DNA of 12,640 nucleotides from Longimicrobiales bacterium (GTDB lineage Bacteria; Gemmatimonadota; Gemmatimonadetes; Longimicrobiales; Gaopeijiaceae): NCBI GenBank assembly GCA_965197725.1, contig CBDANQ010000006.1, positions 1 to 12,640 of the forward strand, read 5' to 3'. Shown piece by piece: positions 1 to 6,825 of this stretch (position 1 is its first letter; each line of letters starts with the position of its first letter). The notes under the pieces were generated by a model. It saw only the letters and a program-made list of their open reading frames with translations, ran no database searches and was not told where the DNA came from. The position numbers and the translations under genes were made by a program.

Positions 1-917
1 TCGTCCGCGGTGACCGGATAGGGATCCGATATCCGGGCGCCTCCCTCATCGCGCTCGGTTCCCAGCAGAAACCACGCTCCCCTGAAGTTGACGAGCTGAC
101 TCGCGTACGGCGCAGCACGCGACTGCGGAAAGATCTCGCCGGTGCCGTGGATCCGGAACGGACCGAGGGATGAGGGGCCGACCATGCTGTAGTCGCCCCG
201 GCGAAAGCGATGGCCCGGAAACCGGCGCGTGAACGCCGGAGAGAGCATGTCGGGCACCCTCGAGTCGCCGGCGATGGTGCAGAAGACGAGATGGTAGCGC
301 CCGCCGATGCGGTAGACCTGCGGCACCTCCATCTCTTCCGTCATGCGGTCGTGCTGCAGCGGAGGCAGGATCGTCCAGCGGCGCATGTCCCTGGTCTCGG
401 CCACGCCGACGGTGCCGCGCGACGACGGGTCGCCTTCGTTGCGCCGCGCGCACACGAGCTGCAGCACCCGCTCGCCGGTCTTCAGGAGGAACGGATCCCG
501 CCAGTGCACCATGACCCGCTTGCCCGTTGACATCAGCTCGTAGTGCGGCGGCGATGCCTCCGTCACCGGGTTCTCGTCGATCTTCTCCCAGTGGTGGAGA
601 TCCGCGGAGAACGCCATGCCCACGCGCTGCACCATGTGTTCGTCTCCCGTATGGTGCCCGGTGTAGGCCATCCAGTAGGCGCCGTCGTGCTCGATCACGC
701 TCCCCGTCGCCAGGCCCTTGTCGTCCCATGCGCCCGGCGCACCCCTCCGCAGCGCGGTTCCGGCGTCATCCCAGGTGCGCAGATCGTGGCTGACCAGGTG
801 CCCGATGTCCCACCCGTGCTCGCTGCCGGCGGGCTTCGTCAGGCAGAAGAGATGCACCTCCTCCCCGCGGACGAAGTACCAAGTGTCGCCGAACGTGAAA
901 CCCTCGCGCGCGTACAT
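1..917 (-). CDS. Glycoside hydrolase, GH32/GH68-like five-bladed beta-propeller (beta-fructofuranosidase-like); 3' end runs off the window
   Basis: Absent from the ORF track because there is no stop in the window. Read by hand from ATG 917: MYAREGFTFGDTWYFVRGEEVHLFCL...DIGHLVSHDLRTW...WDDKGLATGSVIEHDGAYWMAYTG...HWRDPFL...EMEVPQVY. The D(GDTW)/RDP/E(EVP) triad and S-x-D-L-x-x-W repeats match clan GH-J. Strong RBS upstream. Confidence 0.8.
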   Translation of the reverse strand, partial: MYAREGFTFGDTWYFVRGEEVHLFCLTKPAGSEHGWDIGHLVSHDLRTWDDAGTALRRGAPGAWDDKGLATGSVIEHDGAYWMAYTGHHTGDEHMVQRVGMAFSADLHHWEKIDENPVTEASPPHYELMSTGKRVMVHWRDPFLLKTGERVLQLVCARRNEGDPSSRGTVGVAETRDMRRWTILPPLQHDRMTEEMEVPQVYRIGGRYHLVFCTIAGDSRVPDMLSPAFTRRFPGHRFRRGDYSMVGPSSLGPFRIHGTGEIFPQSRAAPYASQLVNFRGAWFLLGTERDEGGARISDPYPVTAD

Positions 918-923
918 GGTGTG

Positions 924-930
924 TCCTCCT
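924..930 (-). promoter_or_regulatory. Shine-Dalgarno site of the GH32-like gene
   Basis: AGGAGGA on the minus strand, 6 nt before ATG 917. Confidence 0.8.
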
Positions 931-946
931 TGCCCTCCGGTCGCCA

Positions 947-1533
947 CTACCCCATCCCGGTCGCGAGGATGGCCGCCTTGATGGGCGAGTCGTAGAACTG
1001 CCACTGAATCGCCGTGAGGATCGCGTCCGGCACCTCCGCGACGTCGCGTTTGTTTTCGCTCGGGATCAGGATCCGCTTGGCGCCAGACTCCACGGCGAGT
1101 TGCATGCGCTCCGGGAGCGCTGACACCTTCAGCAGCATTCCCTGCACGCTCATCTCGCCGAGTACGACCGTCTGATCTTGGAGCGGCTTGGATAGCAGGC
1201 AGGAGACGAGAGCGACGAAAAACGCGACAGCCGTCTCGGAACCCTCCTCCCGAAGTGATCGGTGTAGATGTTGCCGACGAAGACGATCGAGCCCTCGGCG
1301 TTGATGATGTCGCGACCGCGGCTGAACGTGCCGTCCTCCATGTAACCCTTCATGATGTTGAGGCCGTTCTTATCGCTGAACCGGATCCCGGCCGCCTCGT
1401 CGAAGGCGACCACGTCCCCCAGCGCCACGAGACCTCGCTGGCCAGTACCGAGGTTCACGAACATCTGAGCGGTGGTTGTCTGTCCTCCGGAAACGAGATG
1501 GCAGTACGGGCTCAACTGCTGGTATGCGAAGCA
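947..1533 (-). pseudogene. brxL: brxL remnant (BREX Lon-like AAA+ protein) with N-terminal and internal deletions
   Basis: 1533-1267 reads FAYQQLSPYCHLVSGGQTTTAQMFVNLGTGQRGLVALGDVVAFDEAAGIRFSDKNGLNIMKGYMEDGTFSRG...SIVFVGNI, the BrxL ATPase core with Walker B VVAFDE but no Walker A. In a different frame 1249-947 reads EEGSETAVAFFVALVSCLL...VVLGEMSVQG...MQLAVESGAKRILIPSEN...QFYDSP, the Lon-like C-terminus. Total about 190 codons, far shorter than a full BrxL. Confidence 0.85.
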
Positions 1534-3450
1534 TCACACCACCTTGGCCACACGCAGCACACCGGCTCTCTGCAGAGCTTCGATGTTGACCTTCACGCCG
1601 TCGTCGAGGTCGGGATCCCAGCCATGGGGACGCTCCTCCCCGGCCTTCCACGGCGTGAGAATCCGGTAATCACCTTTCCCGCCCTCCGGGCCGTCGCGGT
1701 ACCCCTCTTGGACTCTCTGGAGGCGTACATCCAACTCCCGAGCCTCTTCGAGTCGTCCCTGCCACTCCTGACGGTCGTCTACCCGTCCAGCCTTGTCGGC
1801 CAGCGCCGCCTCGCGGCGGAATGTTTCCATCGCGTCCCGCACGTACTGCGCCCGGAGTTGCGCCATGCGCTTCTTGTCGAACCGGTGGTAGTGAACCACG
1901 GCGCCGAACGCGAAAGGGGAGGCACCTTGGCTCGATGCAATGTGCCAGAAAATCGGTCGGTTCTTGTAGAGCGAGCAGTGGAACGAAAAGAAGGCACTCT
2001 CCAGCCACGCCGCGATCCCTGTGAAGCGCCGGTAGCCTTTGGCCTTCGTCTTCAGCTCGTTCGCGAGCTCGGCCTCGACGTGCCCCACGTCGAGCTCCGG
2101 AAATAGCGCCTGGAGCTCCCGCTGGACCCGATCGACGAGGCTGGGCTCCCCGGCGACCGGCGCGAACGGCACGATGCCGTCCTCGTCGGCTTCAACTACT
2201 CGCTTGACCGCGTAGGACAGCAGGCGAAACACGTGCTCCATTCGTTTCTGCTCGGGGGTCTTGCCCACCATTTCCGGCCAGATCACCTCTCGCGGACGGT
2301 TGCCGAACTGCTCCTCTATCATGGCGCGCGTCGCCGCCGGAATCCCATACAGTTTGTAGACTTCGTCATTCAACTCAGAGTAGCGCTGCCGGCATTCGTT
2401 CTCCAGCGATCTCTCCTTTACGGTGAGGTGGGCCAGCCGGTTGGCGATCGACCCATGACCTCCGTGATCTTCCATCAATAGCCAGGGCGCGCGAAATGCA
2501 GCCGACACTTCGTTACCAGCATCCCAAGCCGCCTTTGCGTCGTGAATCCCCTTCGCGATGTTCGCCAGCCTCTCCTTATAGTGTGCGGCAAGACGCGGAA
2601 CCGGAATGGATCCTATCGCCGTACCGCCCCAATTTCGCGTCGCTACACACCGGGCAAGCGCGTCGAACAGGGCGCAGTTCATCAGCGCCAAGAAGGCGTC
2701 AATATCCTGACTTTCAGTTGGGAAAAACGTCGGAGAGGCTACGCCGAATACACCTGTCGCAGGCAGCCGTCTCGCGTTCATGCCGAGGATGGTCGTCTGC
2801 ATCCACGTGACCCCTTCGCGGAAATAGTCGCTCTCGGACTTCACGAACCGCGTCGCGCTTCCGTACTTGAGCTTAACGAAATCCTTGAACTCGGCGCCCT
2901 GATCCGTCCAATCGATCACCAAGTCCCAGTCGGTGTAAAACCTGGAGTAGCCACCGCCCTTGGCAAACAGTACCCACCGATGACTCACCTGGGGCGAATC
3001 CACTTCCCATCGCTGACGCGTGAATCGTTCGACTTCTGTCGCATTGAGTCCGTTCCTCGCTATTCCGTACGTCGGAGATAGTGGAGGATGATCGCGAAAT
3101 ATTGGCGCAATCCATGCGATATTTCGGTACACGAGGAGGCTACCCTCGATGAATCCGAAGTCCCGCCGAGCAACGTCATTGCGTATAGAGCGATCCTCTC
3201 CTCTCAAGCTTCGGACGAACATTTCGCAGCGGTGATCCCGCTGATGTCGAGAGCCGCTGAACCGCTCCAGATCGAAGAATGCCGCCTTTTCTCCTTCGGT
3301 GACCACATAGTAGGCCCGTTCCGCCTGTTCGGCCGTGGTGTCGATGCCTTCGCGCGCTTGGGTCGCCTGAAGCGTCGGGATCATGAGCTGCCGACGAAGG
3401 TCCGGGTTGGCGAGGATGCCACGGACGTCGACGCGCCGGCTTCTATCCAT
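1534..3450 (-). CDS. pglX: PglX/BrxX C-terminal half (target-recognition domain + conserved C-terminus) with an N-terminal Fic-antitoxin-like extension
   Basis: 638 aa. PglX-type segments: WVLFAKGGGYSRFY..WDLVIDW..G.EFK, YFREGVTW, LYKNRPIFWHIAS, FGAVVHYHRF and terminal DLDDGVKVNI. No SAM-binding or NPPY motif. ATG overlaps the fic stop by 8 nt (ATGGATAG), with GGAGAGAGG upstream. Confidence 0.85.
   Translation of the reverse strand: MDRSRRVDVRGILANPDLRRQLMIPTLQATQAREGIDTTAEQAERAYYVVTEGEKAAFFDLERFSGSRHQRDHRCEMFVRSLRGEDRSIRNDVARRDFGFIEGSLLVYRNIAWIAPIFRDHPPLSPTYGIARNGLNATEVERFTRQRWEVDSPQVSHRWVLFAKGGGYSRFYTDWDLVIDWTDQGAEFKDFVKLKYGSATRFVKSESDYFREGVTWMQTTILGMNARRLPATGVFGVASPTFFPTESQDIDAFLALMNCALFDALARCVATRNWGGTAIGSIPVPRLAAHYKERLANIAKGIHDAKAAWDAGNEVSAAFRAPWLLMEDHGGHGSIANRLAHLTVKERSLENECRQRYSELNDEVYKLYGIPAATRAMIEEQFGNRPREVIWPEMVGKTPEQKRMEHVFRLLSYAVKRVVEADEDGIVPFAPVAGEPSLVDRVQRELQALFPELDVGHVEAELANELKTKAKGYRRFTGIAAWLESAFFSFHCSLYKNRPIFWHIASSQGASPFAFGAVVHYHRFDKKRMAQLRAQYVRDAMETFRREAALADKAGRVDDRQEWQGRLEEARELDVRLQRVQEGYRDGPEGGKGDYRILTPWKAGEERPHGWDPDLDDGVKVNIEALQRAGVLRVAKVV
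3289..3450 (-). other. Putative FicA/VbhA-like antitoxin domain fused to the PglX C-terminal half
   Basis: Residues 1-54 include RRQLMIPTLQATQAREGIDTTAEQAERAYYVVTEGE. TQAREG (3363-3346) fits the Fic inhibitory motif [S/T]xxxE[G/N] and lies immediately downstream of a fic gene. The motif is short, so the assignment is inferred. Confidence 0.6.
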
Positions 3451-4303
3451 GGGCCTCTCTCCAACGCGTAAGGGCTCGGTCTTCCCACTCCGTCAGCAGC
3501 GTGGCGAGTGGAACGTAGTTCTTGCTTATGCGGCCGGCCTCACAAGCATCGTAGAAGCGAGCCTCGTCGGTTCGACGTTCGTACGCCGCGAGCGGTAGCA
3601 TGTCATTCTGCATCAAGATCAGGTTCCCGACGATGAAGGCCGTCCTGCCGTTGCCTTCACGGAACGGGTGGAGCGCAAGGAGCTCGTTCATGACTTCGCT
3701 CGTATATCGGAACACTTCGTCGTCGTCATCGGTGATGAAGGGAGAACGCGCGAACACGTCCCGCTTCAACACGTCAATGAGCGGTTGAATACCCTCTGAA
3801 GGCAGTGGCCACTTTGTAGGGCCCTCGCCCTTGTGCAAGGCCACCGTTCGCCATTCACCGGCGAACGGGTAGATTGCTCCCATCATTTCCACGTGGACCT
3901 GCTTGACAAGACGCTGCGACAGCGGCACCGCATCCTCTCGCCCAAGGAGCTCGGCAACCAGATCCATCGCGCGCTGTACACCCTCGTCCTCGCGGCGATG
4001 GATCTCCTCCATCTCAAGGCAGCCAGCCCAGTTAAAGCAGACTCCATCCTCGGCCACGATCCAGTCCCAGTGCCGGCCGTAGTGGCGCCAGGGGTTGGCC
4101 ACGACTCGAGGTGACGCTGGTGCGTTTGCGAGCGTTGCCAGCTTCTCCATTCGGTCCTTGGTGAACTTGCGCTGCGATGCCGGCACGATGTAAAAGCTGC
4201 CCGGCATACGGGCCTGGTAGTACTCACGAGCGTCACGCCCCGTCCCGGCACGGAAGCGGAAGCCGAAGTCCCGCTCTTCCCAGCGCCAGAACGTTCGACT
4301 CAT
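3443..4303 (-). CDS. fic: Fic-domain protein (class I-like toxin)
   Basis: 286 aa. Fic motif HPFREGNGRTAF (3670-3635), VHVEMMGAIYPFAGEWRTV pre-flap segment and GVCFNWAG..EEIHRRE N-terminal helix. ATGA overlap with the upstream stop (4300-4303); GGAGG RBS at about 4310-4314. Confidence 0.92.
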   Translation of the reverse strand: MSRTFWRWEERDFGFRFRAGTGRDAREYYQARMPGSFYIVPASQRKFTKDRMEKLATLANAPASPRVVANPWRHYGRHWDWIVAEDGVCFNWAGCLEMEEIHRREDEGVQRAMDLVAELLGREDAVPLSQRLVKQVHVEMMGAIYPFAGEWRTVALHKGEGPTKWPLPSEGIQPLIDVLKRDVFARSPFITDDDDEVFRYTSEVMNELLALHPFREGNGRTAFIVGNLILMQNDMLPLAAYERRTDEARFYDACEAGRISKNYVPLATLLTEWEDRALTRWREAHG

Positions 4304-6363
4304 CGCGGTCCTCCGCTAAGCACGACAGCGGCTGCTTCGACGGTAGCGTCGTCGAGTATCCCACACCCGAGGTCGAGCATTGCGACTACTGGATTACGCT
4401 TTAGCAGGATCTCGGAGCGAAGGTCTTCGAACGACTTCAAGTTCACGAATGTCGCCGATACCAGCGCGCCGATGTAACCCTCGAATTCCGTTAGCTGAGT
4501 CGCCCGGTCGATGAAGGTCGCATAGATGTCGTTCGCCGTGTGTGGATAGGCCCCTTTCACGAAGTTCCTGACCGTCGGAACGAACGCCCCGTACGGTGGG
4601 TTCATGACCACGACGTCGTACTTGCGGGATAGAAGCTGCAAGAGCTTGAGGCCACGGGCGGTGTCCTCGGCGAAGATCCGATCGCTCGGATCCTCGGTCG
4701 CGCTCACCGCGGCAAACTCGATCGAAGCCAACAGCTCGGCCTTGAGCTGGCGCGCCTGCTCGCGATCCCAGTCGGTGAGGATGCTGTCGGATTCGAGCTG
4801 GCCGTGCTCTCGCCGTTGGGGGAGCTTGGTCAACCCCTTCTCGCGCGCCCTCGCATCGACCCAGTCGTCGAAGACTTGCGCAACGCTTTCCCGCACCTGG
4901 ACGAGGCTGCCGAGCTCGCTTACGTATTGCAGGTTGTCCCACACGACCCTGAAGAGCCGCTCGCGGAGCGGTCCAGTGCCACTCTGGCTGCCGACCCGGT
5001 CGACGAGCGCCCGCAGCCGCTCCGGACCGAGATTGACCGCATTGGCGACTACCAGGTTGGTGGTACGAACACTAACGTCGACCGGCGAGAAGCCGTGCTG
5101 GAGCGCCGCCTCTTTCGCTGTGAGCATCAGCGACAGCGAGGCGATTTGGATCGCGCGCGGGTCGATGTCGATGCCGTAGAGATTGTGCCCCAGGATCGCG
5201 GCCGGGATCTCGCCGGGCTCCTTCACCGAGGGCTCGTCCGGCCAGCCGGCCTCACCCGCGTGCTCGATCTCGTCCACGTACATACGGTAGAATAGTCCAA
5301 AGGCGTACTGACCGAAGTGCATCGTCCCGCACGCGGGATCTAGCAGCGCGATATCTCGGGCACGCTTGAACGACTGCACTTGGCCGGCGTCGTCGAGCCG
5401 CTGGTAGCGAATCCGCTCGCCGGTCCTGGGCACCAGGTAGTCGGCGACAACGAGGTTGGGCGGACGCTCATCGGGCAGAGGCGGCGGAGCTTTTGCCTTC
5501 AGCGCAGAGCTCGGGTGCATTTGCAGCCACAGCCGCCCGAGCGTATTGTCGACCAGTGCTTTGACTACCCACGACGGGGTGTAGAACTGATTGATGACTG
5601 CGAGTTCGTACGATGACCGTGGCGTGCCTTTGTTCTCCTCGCGGACCCGTCTCTTCTCCTCGCGGTTGAAGAACTGGTAGACCCAGCCGAGAAAATCGCG
5701 AGCTCGATAGGCGTCCCCTGGCAAATCATCGTTGATCAAACGGATGACGCGCATGAGCGTGCCGTGGGTCGGCCATACGCACGCGTAGTCGTGATCCGGA
5801 TCGAAGAGGACGCCAATCTCGCCCGTGATGTGTCGGAAAGCCGCGGTAAGCGCGTCCCTGAACAGTGCCTCCTCCGCGTCGGCATCGTACTTGTAGCGGT
5901 TTCCACCTGCAGCACGGAAGTCGCGCAGGTAGCGCGAGTAGTCCTGGCCGGGCACCGGCGTGAGCATCTCGGTCTGCTCGGGGGGCGCGTTTGGCGCGCC
6001 CGGCGGCCTCAGGTAGAGGAGCGCGCGGGCCTCCATGGCCTTCAGCCCGACGAGACGGTTGAGCAAGGTGTACGCAAGTTCCCGCCTCACGTTGTCGAAG
6101 CCACGTTCCGCAGTTCCCTCTGCGATGCCGTCCCGGGCGAGGAGTGCTTCGACGCGTTCCCGCGTCCGGACCGCCTTCTCACGGAGCTGCATGCTGTGGA
6201 TCGGCGTGTGATCTCCGTTGGGCCTAAGCCCCAGCCGGTCGAGCTGAGCCGCGAACTCGTCCTCCAGCACACGACGGACCTTCGGCACCCAGGCCTTCAC
6301 GGCCTCCTTGTGCTGGTCCGTCAGCGTCTCGTGCAAGGCACCATCGTGAGGTCTCGTGCTCAT
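4300..6363 (-). CDS. pglX: PglX/BrxX N-terminal half: N6-adenine DNA methyltransferase catalytic domain
   Basis: 687 aa with AYTLLNRLVGLKAME, LGWVYQFFN, QFYTPSWVVKALVDNTLGRLW, motif I DPACG (5340-5326), NLYGIDID and motif IV VMNPPY (NPPY 4602-4591). Ends just after LG.GILDDATVEAAAVVL, with no target-recognition domain. Confidence 0.9.
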   Translation of the reverse strand: MSTRPHDGALHETLTDQHKEAVKAWVPKVRRVLEDEFAAQLDRLGLRPNGDHTPIHSMQLREKAVRTRERVEALLARDGIAEGTAERGFDNVRRELAYTLLNRLVGLKAMEARALLYLRPPGAPNAPPEQTEMLTPVPGQDYSRYLRDFRAAGGNRYKYDADAEEALFRDALTAAFRHITGEIGVLFDPDHDYACVWPTHGTLMRVIRLINDDLPGDAYRARDFLGWVYQFFNREEKRRVREENKGTPRSSYELAVINQFYTPSWVVKALVDNTLGRLWLQMHPSSALKAKAPPPLPDERPPNLVVADYLVPRTGERIRYQRLDDAGQVQSFKRARDIALLDPACGTMHFGQYAFGLFYRMYVDEIEHAGEAGWPDEPSVKEPGEIPAAILGHNLYGIDIDPRAIQIASLSLMLTAKEAALQHGFSPVDVSVRTTNLVVANAVNLGPERLRALVDRVGSQSGTGPLRERLFRVVWDNLQYVSELGSLVQVRESVAQVFDDWVDARAREKGLTKLPQRREHGQLESDSILTDWDREQARQLKAELLASIEFAAVSATEDPSDRIFAEDTARGLKLLQLLSRKYDVVVMNPPYGAFVPTVRNFVKGAYPHTANDIYATFIDRATQLTEFEGYIGALVSATFVNLKSFEDLRSEILLKRNPVVAMLDLGCGILDDATVEAAAVVLSGGPR

Positions 6364-6367
6364 CGCG

Positions 6368-6550
6368 TTACTTCACCCCTACCGTGAAGCCCTTTCGGAT
6401 CCGCGTCTTCAACTCTTCTCCGATGGCACCCAGTACGTCGTCGACCTCGCCTTCCGTCTCGAAGCGCCGCCCCATCAACTCCGACGTACGCCACTCGTAG
6501 ACCTGCTCGCCGGTGGACGGGGACACGACGAGAGCGCGGACCGTGCCGAC
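6368..6550 (-). pseudogene. brxC: Probable 3' remnant of brxC (BREX P-loop ATPase)
   Basis: Hand translation: ...GEQVYEWRTSELMGRRFETEGEVDDVLGAIGEELKTRIRKGFTVGVK*, with TAA at 6370-6368, 4 nt before the pglX ATG. Resembles the BrxC terminal helix (ETEEDVD..L..L..EL...I..G) and sits in the expected brxC-pglX position. The frame is closed upstream by TAA at 6646-6644; the 5' boundary is approximate. Confidence 0.55.
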
Positions 6551-6825
6551 AGCCGGGACGAGTACGGCTCGGCGGACACTAAGCCGGGGATCCGTGTCGA
6601 ATGGTCGTTGAGCCCGGCGCGAGTGACGTTCCCCGCGTTTGGCTTATTCATCGATCGAGCCGCTAACCGTTGGCCTTGAGGAGCTTGAGCAGGTCGCGAC
6701 CGGCCCGCTTGGACGCTACACCAAGACACCGGTACGAGCAAGGTCGGCGGACTCGGCGGCGGGCCTGCAACGGTCTAGTCAGCGCCGCATGTGGACCACG
6801 TGGAAGCGCACTACCCAGGGGTGCA

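Noticed and set aside
46..729. 227-aa minus-strand ORF and the plus-strand ORFs in 210-995
   Set aside because: Alternative-frame or antisense shadows of the GH32-like gene; low-complexity R/A/G/P composition
947..1249. Stand-alone active Lon protease
   Set aside because: It is a fragment of brxL, and by eye the Lon Ser-Lys dyad positions are not conserved (EGSETA versus DGPSAG; LPERM versus LKEKL)
3443..4303. Intein, intron or IS explaining the interruption of pglX
   Set aside because: The insert has its own start and stop and the upstream half terminates. There are no intein splice residues, transposase, reverse transcriptase or terminal inverted repeats.
5314..5340. Motif I reads DPACGTMHF instead of DPACGSGHF, possibly an inactive MTase
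   Set aside because: The core DPxCG and NPPY are intact; a single substitution is not enough to call inactivation without an alignment
6356..6679. 107-aa plus-strand ORF
   Set aside because: Mostly antisense to the brxC-like remnant, with no recognisable motif or RBS
6788..6802. Imperfect palindrome CATGTGG-A-CCACGTG after the oxidoreductase
   Set aside because: One-base loop, one mismatch and no U-tract; not supportable as a terminator or operator
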